Positions 25,236 to 33,405 of a stretch of DNA of 64,000 bases are shown in pieces (the first letter of the stretch is position 1; each line of letters begins with the position of its first letter). The translations under genes and the position numbers were made by a program. Below the pieces are notes generated by a model, which worked only from the letters and a program-made list of their open reading frames with translations, was not told where the DNA came from and ran no database searches. Source of the DNA: Clostridia bacterium (lineage in GTDB: Bacteria > Bacillota > Clostridia > Oscillospirales > CAG-272). The stretch spans positions 30,932 through 94,931 of the forward strand of contig JAFVXI010000026.1 in NCBI GenBank assembly GCA_017501245.1, written 5' to 3'.

Positions 25236-25286
25236 TTAACGTATATTAGCGGTGTGACAAGTGTCCGCGTCCGCGTCGTCGTCCAT
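25236..25286 (-). CDS. 16-codon Asp-rich small/leader ORF (MDDDADADTCHTANIR)
   Basis: GGAGG(25296-25292), 5-nt spacer, then ATG GAC GAC GAC GCG GAC GCG GAC ACT TGT CAC ACC GCT AAT ATA CGT TAA. A consensus promoter lies upstream and a terminator downstream. The ORF is too short for the ORF track. Confidence 0.55.
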   Translation of the reverse strand: MDDDADADTCHTANIR

Positions 25287-25339
25287 TTCTTCCTCCAAAA
25301 AAATGCTTTACTGTATCCTGCAAAGCGTTACTGGCAGTT

Positions 25340-25368
25340 ATTATATCATATCCTCTCCGACTTGTCAA
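25340..25368 (-). promoter_or_regulatory. Consensus SigA promoter driving the small ORF and the CNNM leader
   Basis: On the minus strand: TTGACA(25368-25363), 17 nt, TATAAT(25345-25340). Confidence 0.65.
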
Positions 25369-25431
25369 GCCCATTTTCAAAAAGCCTTCGATATTAACCG
25401 TTTGTTAACCGACGGATTTTCGTTATCCGCA

Positions 25432-25460
25432 TTGACATTCACGTGTCGTTCGTGTATAAT
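25432..25460 (+). promoter_or_regulatory. Consensus SigA promoter of the ABC exporter operon
   Basis: TTGACA(25432-25437), 17 nt, TATAAT(25455-25460). Confidence 0.65.
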
Positions 25461-25527
25461 AACTAGATAGATAGTATGATCTTTCACCTATGGTGAAAGC
25501 TTGCGTAAAGAAAAAGAAAGGACAAAA

Positions 25528-27285
25528 ATGCTGAAAACGTTACTTAAGAGCGTCAGAGAATATAAGCTCGTTACGATACTGACGCCCCTGCTTGTGTTTT
25601 TTGAGATAATCATCGAGTGCATCATCCCGATGGTCATCGCCGAGCTTGTCAATAAGCTCCAGTCTGAGAGCGGAATGCGCATAGAGGATATCCTCGCCTA
25701 TGGCGGCGTGGTCGTCGTTCTCGCCATTCTTTCGCTCGCCTTTGGCGCCCTCGCCGGTCTCACCTGCTCGACGGCGTCCTGCGGCTTTGCCAAAAATCTC
25801 AGAAGAGATATGTTCGTTGCGACTCAGGGCTTCTCATTTGAGAACATAGACAGGTTTTCAACCTCCTCGCTCGTCACGAGGCTCACCACTGACGTCACCA
25901 ACGTTCAGCACGCCTTTATGATGATCACGAGGATGGCTGTCAGAGCCCCCTTCATGTTTATCTTCGCTATAATTATGGCGTTCATTATGGGAGGACCTAT
26001 GGCATGGATCTTCGTCGTAGTCGTTCCGATCCTCCTCACCGTCCTCATCCTCGTCATTAAAAGCGTTATGCCTCTTTTCAAGAAGGTTTTCAAGAAGTAC
26101 GATAAGCTTAACGCCTCCGTCCAGGAGAACGTAAAGGGCATCAGAGTTATCAAATCCTTCGTGAGAGAGGACTACGAGGAGGAGAAGTTTGCCCGCGCAT
26201 CCGAGGAGGTCTGCCGTGACTTCACCCGTGCCGAGCGCATCCTCGTTATCCAGAATCCCACGATGCAGCTCTGCCTTAACATCGTTATGGTTTTCGTCCT
26301 CTCCTTTGGCTCCTATATGGTAGTTTCCTCGGGCGGCGAGGCTCTTGGTGTCGGCCATCTGTCTGCGCTCCTGACTTACGGATTTATGATCCTCTCCAGC
26401 CTTATGTCGCTCTCGATGATCTTCGTTATGCTCACTATGGCGACCGAGTCGGGCAGGAGAATAGCTGAGGTCCTTCTTGAAAAGCCCGCACTCTCCGAGC
26501 CTGCCGATCCCGTCCTCGCCGTTAAGGACGGCTCGATAGACTTCGACGGCGTTTTCTTCAAGTATTCCCAAAATGCCGAGCGCTTCGTCCTCTCGGATAT
26601 AGATCTTCATATCGCCTCGGGCGAGACGATAGGCATCATCTCGGGCACCGGCGCATCGAAAACCACGCTAATCCAGCTTATCAGCCGTCTTTACGACGTG
26701 ACCGAGGGCTCGGTCAGGGTCGGCGGCGTCGACGTAAGAGACTACGACCTCGAGACCTTAAGAGATAATGTTGCGGTCGTCTTACAGAAAAACCTTCTGT
26801 TCTCGGGCACCATCGCAGAAAACCTCAGGTGGGGAGACCCGAACGCAACTCTTGACGAGATAAAGGAGGCGTGCAGGCTTGCCGCCGCCGACGGCTTCGT
26901 CGAGTCCTTCCCCGATCAGTACGATACGTATATAGAGCAGGGCGGAGCAAACGTATCCGGCGGTCAGAAGCAGAGGCTCTGTATTGCCCGTGCGCTCTTA
27001 AAGCGACCTAAGATCCTCATTCTCGACGACTCTACCTCTGCGGTAGACACCGAGACGGATGCACGCATCCGTGCCGCAATGCGTGAGTATATCCCCGAAA
27101 CAACTAAGATTATAATTGCCCAGAGAATATCCTCGGTTGAGGATGCCGATAGGATCATCGTTCTCGAGAGCGGAAGGATCAGCGCCATAGGCACTCACGC
27201 CGAGCTCATCCGTTCCTCCGAGATCTACCGCGATATCTATCTCTCGCAGAACAAGGCAGGAGTCGAGGAGGTAGCAAATGGGTAG
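25528..27285 (+). CDS. ABC exporter, fused permease/ATPase, subunit 1 of a heterodimeric pair
   Basis: Six-TM domain followed by an NBD (GTGASKTT Walker A, VSGGQKQRLCIARAL signature, ILILDDSTSAVD Walker B). I prefer the ATG at 25528 over the TTG at 25501. Confidence 0.85.
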   Translation: MLKTLLKSVREYKLVTILTPLLVFFEIIIECIIPMVIAELVNKLQSESGMRIEDILAYGGVVVVLAILSLAFGALAGLTCSTASCGFAKNLRRDMFVATQGFSFENIDRFSTSSLVTRLTTDVTNVQHAFMMITRMAVRAPFMFIFAIIMAFIMGGPMAWIFVVVVPILLTVLILVIKSVMPLFKKVFKKYDKLNASVQENVKGIRVIKSFVREDYEEEKFARASEEVCRDFTRAERILVIQNPTMQLCLNIVMVFVLSFGSYMVVSSGGEALGVGHLSALLTYGFMILSSLMSLSMIFVMLTMATESGRRIAEVLLEKPALSEPADPVLAVKDGSIDFDGVFFKYSQNAERFVLSDIDLHIASGETIGIISGTGASKTTLIQLISRLYDVTEGSVRVGGVDVRDYDLETLRDNVAVVLQKNLLFSGTIAENLRWGDPNATLDEIKEACRLAAADGFVESFPDQYDTYIEQGGANVSGGQKQRLCIARALLKRPKILILDDSTSAVDTETDARIRAAMREYIPETTKIIIAQRISSVEDADRIIVLESGRISAIGTHAELIRSSEIYRDIYLSQNKAGVEEVANG

Positions 27286-29188
27286 TCAGAAAATGAAATC
27301 CAAGGCGAAAAAGGGAACGATGGCAAGGCTCATCAAAACCGTCTTTTCCTTCTATCCCCGTATGCTGCCGCTCACTCTTATGTGCATCGCCTTTGCGGCA
27401 ATAATTTCGACCCTACCGTCGATCTTCCTTCAAAACATCATCGGTCTTGTAACCGACGCACTCGACACGGGTAAGGGCTGGGATGAGATCTCCTCGTCCG
27501 TTTTCAGCTTCGTTATCATCCTCGTGTGCTTATACGCAGTATCTCTCACGTCGGGCTTCCTTTGGAATCAGCTTATGGCTGTCATCACTCAGGGGACGCT
27601 TAAAAAGCTCCGTGATAAAATGTTCAACAAGATGGAGAGACTCCCCGTCAAGTATTTCGACACGAACAATCACGGCGATATTATGAGCCATTATACCAAC
27701 GATATAGACACGCTGCGCCAGGTGGTCTCTCAAAGCCTTCCTCAGCTCGTTATGTCAAGTATTGTTGTCATTTCGTTGCTAATTATAATGGTATACTTCT
27801 CACTTTGGATGACTCTCGTAGTTCTCGTCGGTGTGTTTGCGATGCTGTTCGTAACCAAGAAGATAGGCGGAGGCTCGGCTCGACACTTCATCCGTCAGCA
27901 GGTGGCTATCGGAAGGGCTGAGGGCTTCATTGAGGAGACCATCCACGGACAGAAGGTAGTCAAGGTCTTTTGCCACGAGGAGGCGTCGATTTCCGATTTC
28001 GACAAGGTAAACGACGAGCTGTTCCGCGAGGCAGACAGGGCAAACAAGTATGCAAACACCCTCGGACCTATCCTTAATAATATAGGAAACGTTCTTTACG
28101 TTATCGTTGCGATAGCGGGTGGCATTATGTGTCTCCTTATCCCCGAGTATAACGTGTCGCTCTCCGGTCTTGCCTTCTCGGTTGCCGTCGTCGTCCCCTT
28201 CCTTAATATGACCAAGCAGTTCACCGGCTCGGTCAACCAGGTTTCCCATCAGATCAATTCGGTAGTTATGGGACTTGCAGGCGCATCCAGGATCTTCGAT
28301 CTTCTTGATGAGGAGGAGGAAAAGGACGAGGGCTACGTAACTCTCGTTGACGCAGAGTACGTAAACGGCGAGCTCACCGAATGCGATCACCACACAGGCA
28401 TATGGGCGTGGAAGCATCCGCATAAGGAAACGGGCGAGACAACCTACGTGCTGCTTCAGGGTGACGTCAGATTTACAGAGGTCGACTTTGAGTATGAGCC
28501 GGGAAAGCCCGTACTTAAAAACATAACCCTCTACGCCGAGCCGGGTCAGAAGGTCGCCTTCGTTGGCGCCACCGGTGCAGGAAAGACGACCATCACGAAC
28601 CTCATCAACCGCTTTTACGATATCGCCGATGGCAAGATCCGCTACGACGGCATCAATATCAACAAGATATCCAAGAGAGCGCTCAGGCGCTCGCTCGGCA
28701 TCGTCCTCCAGGACACTAACCTCTTCACAGGAACGGTTATGGACAATATTCGCTACGGCAAGCTTGAGGCATCCGACGAGGAGTGCATCGAAGCGGCTCG
28801 TCTCGTAGGCGCAGACGATTTCATCACGAGGATGCCCAAGGGCTATGCAACCGAGATAACCAACAACGGCGCAAATCTCTCGCAGGGTCAGCGTCAGCTT
28901 ATAGCGATTGCAAGAGCCGCTGTTGCCGATCCTCCGGTAATGATCCTCGACGAGGCAACCTCCTCGATAGACACGAGGACCGAGTCGATAGTTCAAAGAG
29001 GTATGGACACGCTTATGAAGGGCAGGACGGTGTTCGTCATAGCTCATAGGCTCTCAACGGTAAAAAATTCCGATGTTATTATGGTTCTAGACCACGGTGA
29101 GATCATCGAGCGAGGAAGCCACGATGATCTGATCGAAAAGAAGGGACAGTATTATAAGCTTTACACAGGAGCCTTTGAGCTCGAATAA
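27278..29188 (+). CDS. ABC exporter, fused permease/ATPase, subunit 2
   Basis: GATGAGKTT, LSQGQRQLIAIARA and VMILDEATSSID motifs. Overlaps subunit 1 by 8 nt. Confidence 0.85.
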   Translation: MGSQKMKSKAKKGTMARLIKTVFSFYPRMLPLTLMCIAFAAIISTLPSIFLQNIIGLVTDALDTGKGWDEISSSVFSFVIILVCLYAVSLTSGFLWNQLMAVITQGTLKKLRDKMFNKMERLPVKYFDTNNHGDIMSHYTNDIDTLRQVVSQSLPQLVMSSIVVISLLIIMVYFSLWMTLVVLVGVFAMLFVTKKIGGGSARHFIRQQVAIGRAEGFIEETIHGQKVVKVFCHEEASISDFDKVNDELFREADRANKYANTLGPILNNIGNVLYVIVAIAGGIMCLLIPEYNVSLSGLAFSVAVVVPFLNMTKQFTGSVNQVSHQINSVVMGLAGASRIFDLLDEEEEKDEGYVTLVDAEYVNGELTECDHHTGIWAWKHPHKETGETTYVLLQGDVRFTEVDFEYEPGKPVLKNITLYAEPGQKVAFVGATGAGKTTITNLINRFYDIADGKIRYDGININKISKRALRRSLGIVLQDTNLFTGTVMDNIRYGKLEASDEECIEAARLVGADDFITRMPKGYATEITNNGANLSQGQRQLIAIARAAVADPPVMILDEATSSIDTRTESIVQRGMDTLMKGRTVFVIAHRLSTVKNSDVIMVLDHGEIIERGSHDDLIEKKGQYYKLYTGAFELE

Positions 29189-29198
29189 AGGAGGCAGT

Positions 29199-29690
29199 AT
29201 GAGCCCGGGATGCTCGTTTACAGGACATAGAAATATCGATCCTATGCACAAGCGGCATCTCGAGCCGCTTCTCGACCGTGCTATCGCATATGCGTATAAC
29301 GAGGGCTGCAGAGACTTTTATCTCGGTGGTGCCGTAGGCTTTGACACGGTGGCTGCAAGGCAGGTCTTAGCCTTCAAGCTTTCCTATCCGGACGTGCGGC
29401 TGCATCTGGTATTGCCCTGCCGTGATCAGACGGATAATTGGAGCTTTATGGCGGCGGATATGTACGACTATCTTCTCTCGCAGGCGGATAGCGTCGAGTA
29501 TACGAGCGAAAGATATACGAAGGGCTGCATGCTGAAGAGAAACAAAAGGCTCGCAGAGCTTGGCGACATCGTTATCGCCTATCTCGGCCACGGCAGAAGC
29601 GGCGCATCACAGACCGTAAGGCTTGCTGAGGAGCTGGGAAGGCGCATCTATAATCTGTATCCAACCTTGGATAAATATGCAGGCAGATAG
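29199..29690 (+). CDS. SLOG-fold DUF1273 (YpsA-like) protein
   Basis: CSFTGHR...GCRDFYLGGAVGFDTVAARQVL...LVLPCRDQ...W...RNKRL pattern. AGGAGG SD. I prefer the ATG at 29199, 10 nt after the ABC stop. Confidence 0.7.
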   Translation: MSPGCSFTGHRNIDPMHKRHLEPLLDRAIAYAYNEGCRDFYLGGAVGFDTVAARQVLAFKLSYPDVRLHLVLPCRDQTDNWSFMAADMYDYLLSQADSVEYTSERYTKGCMLKRNKRLAELGDIVIAYLGHGRSGASQTVRLAEELGRRIYNLYPTLDKYAGR

Positions 29691-29695
29691 CCTGA

Positions 29696-29732
29696 AGGCG
29701 TCGGAGCGTGTCTTCGGCGCCTCTTTTTTTAT
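29696..29732 (+). terminator. Rho-independent terminator of the ABC/SLOG operon
   Basis: AGGCGTCGGA(29696-29705), 7-nt loop, TTCGGCGCCT(29713-29722), then CTTTTTTTATT. Confidence 0.8.
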
Positions 29733-30033
29733 TCGTAACCTCCCCTGCCTTCGCCGCCCATCCACGCTAAGGATAAAAAAGACCCAGCACCTATTGACGG
29801 TGTAAAAAAATGAGAGAGTCAACAGATAGGATGCCCAAAAGCACGAGCGTGCTTATCCTACACGTGTGACGTGCGCTCGCGCGATAATAAATAATGAAGG
29901 GAAAAATCATAGAGGTGCGCAATATACGGCAAAAAGCAGCAGGGAAGCGTGACTTTTAAGCGCCGTTTTTTAGTTATTATCCCCGATCCTTAAATAGGCG
30001 TGAAAATTTTTTAAAAAAGTTTTTAAAAATCTA

Positions 30034-30062
30034 TTGACAAACAGACTTTAATGTTGTATAAT
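30034..30062 (+). promoter_or_regulatory. Consensus SigA promoter of the amino-acid ABC importer operon
   Basis: TTGACA(30034-30039), 17 nt, TATAAT(30057-30062). Confidence 0.65.
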
Positions 30063-30119
30063 GATAACACTTTAACAGGCTAAAGCGCTAAAGCGAGCCA
30101 ACAAGAAAGGAATAAAAAA

Positions 30120-30923
30120 ATGAAAAAGCTTATCACACTCGTACTCACCGCTGCGTTGCTTCTCGCTTCGCTCTTTACCTTCGCATCCTGCGAAAATCCT
30201 AATCCCGAGGACACCCTCGTTTGCGGTGTCACCCCCGTTCCCGGACTTAACGAGCAGCTCCCCGACGGAAGCTGGACCGGCTTTGACACTGAGTTTGCTA
30301 TGGCAGTTGCCGAGAAGCTCGGTATGAAGATCAAGTTCGTTGAGATCAACTGGGAGCAGAAGTATAACGAGGTCAATTCCGGTGCCATCGACGCTATCTG
30401 GAACGGCTTTACCGCTAACTCCTCCGACGACGGCGTTGCCCGCAAGGATCTTGTAGATTTCTCCTACGGCTATATGCTTAATCAGCAGTGCATCGTAGTT
30501 AAAAAGGATAGAGTAGAAGAGTTTGTAGACGAGGCTGCCCTTGAAGGCAAGAAGGCTTGCGCAGAGAGCGGAAGCGCCGGTCAGGCATACGCTGAGAGCG
30601 TTACCGATGAGGCAAAGGTTGAGGGTGCGTCCACTCAGCTTGCAACCTTCCTTGAGGTCAGCTCCGGAGCAGTTGACTTTGCAGTAGTAGATATCGTTCT
30701 TGCGCAGAACGTATGCGGCAAGGGTGACTATGAGGATCTTGCTATCGTCGAGGCGATCGAGCTTGAGTCCGAGGTCTATGCTGTAGGCTTCAAGAAGAAC
30801 AGCGAGCTTACCGCTAAGGTAAATGCCGCTATCCTTGAGCTCGAGGAGGACGGAACTCTTGCAGCTCTTGCAGAGAAGTACGGCTTCGAGAACGTCGTCA
30901 AGGTTATGAAGACCTTCGAGTAA
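30120..30923 (+). CDS. Amino-acid ABC transporter substrate-binding lipoprotein (family 3 SBP)
   Basis: Lipobox TFASC. FDTEFAMAVAEKLGMKIKFVEINWE...AIWNGFT is typical of polar amino-acid SBPs. Confidence 0.85.
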   Translation: MKKLITLVLTAALLLASLFTFASCENPNPEDTLVCGVTPVPGLNEQLPDGSWTGFDTEFAMAVAEKLGMKIKFVEINWEQKYNEVNSGAIDAIWNGFTANSSDDGVARKDLVDFSYGYMLNQQCIVVKKDRVEEFVDEAALEGKKACAESGSAGQAYAESVTDEAKVEGASTQLATFLEVSSGAVDFAVVDIVLAQNVCGKGDYEDLAIVEAIELESEVYAVGFKKNSELTAKVNAAILELEEDGTLAALAEKYGFENVVKVMKTFE

Positions 30924-30948
30924 TTATTAAGGAATAAAGGAAGATAAT

Positions 30949-31593
30949 ATGGGTTTTTGGGAAGTCACGCAGTCCCTCGTATCAGGACTCGGGAACACCT
31001 GCTTAATATTTGCGCTAACACTCGTGTTAGCGCTTCCTTTAGGTTTGGTGATATCCTTCGGTTCTATGTCGAGCTTCAAGCCGCTCGCATATTTGGTTAA
31101 GATCATCGTCTGGATCGTCAGAGGAGTTCCTCTGATGCTCCAGGTCATCGTCATATATTACGTTCCGGGTATGCTTCTGGGCGTTCCCGTATTCAGCAGA
31201 TTCGTTGCGGTCATCGTCTCCTTCGTTATCAATTACGCCTGCTACTTCTCCGAGATCTACCGAGGCGGAATAGAGAGCATACCCAAGGGGCAGTACGAGG
31301 CGGGCAAGGTGCTTGGTCTTTCTCGCACGCAGGTGTTCTTTAAGGTCGTTCTTATGCAGGTCGTAAAGCGCATTATGGCGCCTATGTCAAATGAGGTAAT
31401 CACCCTCATCAAGGACACGGCGCTCGCCAGAGTAATTATGGTCGTTGAGATCATCCAGGCGGCGCAGAATTACGCAGCCTACGGTCTAATGTGGCCGCTG
31501 TTCTACACGGCTGTATTCTATCTCGCATACGTAGGTATCCTGACTCTCTTGTTCGGATATCTTGAAAAGAAGCTTGATTATTATAAGGCGTAA
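30949..31593 (+). CDS. Amino-acid ABC transporter permease (His/Glu/Gln/Arg/opine family)
   Basis: 214 aa with 5 TM segments and an EAA-like loop (IESIPKGQYEAGKVLGLSRTQVFFKVVL). Confidence 0.85.
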   Translation: MGFWEVTQSLVSGLGNTCLIFALTLVLALPLGLVISFGSMSSFKPLAYLVKIIVWIVRGVPLMLQVIVIYYVPGMLLGVPVFSRFVAVIVSFVINYACYFSEIYRGGIESIPKGQYEAGKVLGLSRTQVFFKVVLMQVVKRIMAPMSNEVITLIKDTALARVIMVVEIIQAAQNYAAYGLMWPLFYTAVFYLAYVGILTLLFGYLEKKLDYYKA

Positions 31594-31602
31594 GGGGGAA
31601 GC

Positions 31603-32388
31603 ATGCCGTTACTTGAAGTTAAGAATTTAAGAAAAAGCTTTGGCGAAAACGAGGTGCTGAAGGGCGTTTCCTTTACTCTCGACGGCGGCGAGGTCTTATC
31701 CGTCATCGGAGCGTCGGGAGGCGGTAAAACAACCCTCCTTCGCTGCCTCAATTTCCTAGAGGTTCCCGACGGGGGAGAGATCCTCGTCAACGGAGAGCGT
31801 GTTTTCTATATAGACGATGAAACGGGAAAGCCCGTTACCGTGCCCGGAGTGCAGAACATAATGGGCATGGTCTTTCAGCAGTTCAATCTCTTTCCTCAGT
31901 ATAGCGTAAAGGAAAACCTGACCCTTGCCCCCATCCTCCACGCCAAAAGCGATAAGCGTCGCTTTAAGGAAAATAAGCGTGAGATATTAGGGGAAATAGA
32001 CAAGAGGGCAGACGAGATTCTGTCCGTCGTAGGCCTTACTGACAAGGCAGCTTCCTATCCCGGCTTCCTCTCGGGAGGTCAGCAGCAGAGGGTCGCTATC
32101 GCAAGAGCGCTTATGCTCTCTCCAGAGGTACTGTTCTTCGACGAGCCGACCTCCTCCCTTGACCCCGAGCTGACGGGCGAGGTGCTAAAGGTCATAAAGG
32201 GGTTAAAGTCCCACGAGCGTGCCATGGTCGTGGTAACGCACGAGCTTGAGTTTGCGCGCGCAGTATCGGATAAGGTCATTTTTATGGCAGACGGCGTTAT
32301 CGTCGAGCAGGGGCCACCCTCTGCAGTGTTTGATAATCCTCAGTCGGAAAAGACTATGGCTTTCCTCAACAGATCAGAAGCTTACTGA
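31603..32388 (+). CDS. Amino-acid ABC transporter ATP-binding protein
   Basis: GASGGGKTT, LSGGQQQRVAIARAL and LFFDEPTSSLDPE motifs. Confidence 0.9.
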   Translation: MPLLEVKNLRKSFGENEVLKGVSFTLDGGEVLSVIGASGGGKTTLLRCLNFLEVPDGGEILVNGERVFYIDDETGKPVTVPGVQNIMGMVFQQFNLFPQYSVKENLTLAPILHAKSDKRRFKENKREILGEIDKRADEILSVVGLTDKAASYPGFLSGGQQQRVAIARALMLSPEVLFFDEPTSSLDPELTGEVLKVIKGLKSHERAMVVVTHELEFARAVSDKVIFMADGVIVEQGPPSAVFDNPQSEKTMAFLNRSEAY

Positions 32389-32408
32389 CAACTATTATTG
32401 TCATTTAA

Positions 32409-32437
32409 GGGCGACAATGCGTGAGTCGCCCTTTTTC
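32409..32437 (+). terminator. Rho-independent terminator
   Basis: GGGCGAC(32409-32415), 9-nt loop, GTCGCCC(32425-32431), then TTTTTC. Confidence 0.75.
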
Positions 32438-32496
32438 CTTTGTCGAAAAGCGCTATAAGCTAATCGCCGTTTTGAGAATAAAAATGCCCCGGATTA

Positions 32497-32526
32497 TTGA
32501 CCGGGTGCGGCATCGGATGCTATAAT
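32497..32526 (+). promoter_or_regulatory. SigA-type promoter
   Basis: TTGACC(32497-32502), 18 nt, TATAAT(32521-32526) with TGc extended -10. Confidence 0.6.
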
Positions 32527-32572
32527 CAAAGCCGATAAAAAAGCTCTGTGCTATTCCAAAAGGAGGATGCTT

Positions 32573-33277
32573 ATGCAGTTTTCGGATCTGGTATTCGGGC
32601 GGCTCGACCTTGCTTTGATCATCGGAGAGGCGGAGGCGGTGCTGAACGGCGCTATCGCACATCCGGCAGTCTCTCCCGTAGTCGATGCCGTTGGTGGATA
32701 TCTGGAGGATGCCCCGCCGGTATTGCTTATCATCTTGCTCGTTTCGTCATTTTTGCTTTGCCTGTTTGGCAGCCGTCTGATAAAGCTGCTGATTCGGTTG
32801 GTATTTTTCATCCTCGGCTACGTCATCGGCGCATCGCTTGTTGCAGGGCTTCTTCTGCCGTCAGCTCCCATCCCATTTTGCATTCTCATCGGCGTCATCC
32901 TTGCGCTCTTGCTGTCCGTGGCATCGGGGCTGCTCTTTCCTCTTGCACTCACGCTGAGCGGAGGGGGTGGTATGTATATTATGGTTATTTACGGCGTTCT
33001 TTTTCCTCAGCTACGATGCATGGTTCCCGTCGCTATCGTAGGCTTTGGCCTAGGGGTGCTTTTATCGATTATTTTCTACGACTATATAATTGCTTTGCTT
33101 ACGGCGGTGGCGGGTGCTTATTCCTCGGCTGTTATACTGAGCGCATTCCTTGACTACGCATCCTACGGTATATCAGAAACCGCTCTTGCGCTGATCCTTT
33201 CTCTCGCCGCCTTCGTTATCCAGATCGCCTTCTATCAAAGAAAGAAAAAAAGCAAGCAGCAATCTCACCAGCTCTGA
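32573..33277 (+). CDS. Multi-pass membrane protein (DUF4203-like?), unknown function
   Basis: About 6 hydrophobic segments and a KKKSKQQ tail. I prefer the ATG at 32573 (AGGAGG 6 nt upstream) over 32567. Confidence 0.6.
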   Translation: MQFSDLVFGRLDLALIIGEAEAVLNGAIAHPAVSPVVDAVGGYLEDAPPVLLIILLVSSFLLCLFGSRLIKLLIRLVFFILGYVIGASLVAGLLLPSAPIPFCILIGVILALLLSVASGLLFPLALTLSGGGGMYIMVIYGVLFPQLRCMVPVAIVGFGLGVLLSIIFYDYIIALLTAVAGAYSSAVILSAFLDYASYGISETALALILSLAAFVIQIAFYQRKKKSKQQSHQL

Positions 33278-33310
33278 ATAGACCATCCCTCCGCCGCAGC
33301 CGTCTTTTAC

Positions 33311-33339
33311 TTGACAGCGCTATCCTTTTATGCTAAACT
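33311..33339 (+). promoter_or_regulatory. SigA-type promoter of the GH28 gene
   Basis: TTGACA(33311-33316), 17 nt, TAAACT(33334-33339) with TGc extended -10. Confidence 0.55.
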
Positions 33340-33405
33340 ATCTCTTGACGGATCGGCAGCTCACGCCTTTTCCGACTCTGCTTTTATGAATAAACAGGAG
33401 AGGCT

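Noticed and set aside
25233-25260. A promoter-like TTGTCA, 16 nt, TAATAT on the minus strand just upstream of the leader terminator.
   Set aside because: It lies inside the 16-codon ORF and would start transcription within the 5' arm of the hairpin. The consensus TTGACA-17-TATAAT at 25340..25368, together with the SD and ATG, explains the region better.
25261-25470. A 69-aa plus-strand ORF in the CNNM / ABC divergent region.
   Set aside because: It has a GTG start without an SD and a Ser-rich, low-complexity product. It is antisense to the small ORF and overlaps both promoters.
25476-25499. A 6-codon ORF (MIFHLW) and an 8-bp hairpin (25481..25499) in the ABC exporter 5' UTR. I considered this as a BmrB-like leader-peptide attenuator.
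   Set aside because: There is no SD in front of the ATG and no U-tract after the hairpin, so there is no evidence for a terminator or antiterminator pair. I kept it only as a note.
29894-29959. A 21-codon ORF (MKGKIIEVRNIRQKAAGKRDF) followed by GCGCCGTTTTTT in the 300-bp spacer upstream of the amino-acid ABC operon.
   Set aside because: It has no SD and no convincing promoter. The putative terminator has only a 5-bp stem and a loop of more than 30 nt. The spacer 29733..30033 remains unexplained, but I cannot support a feature there.
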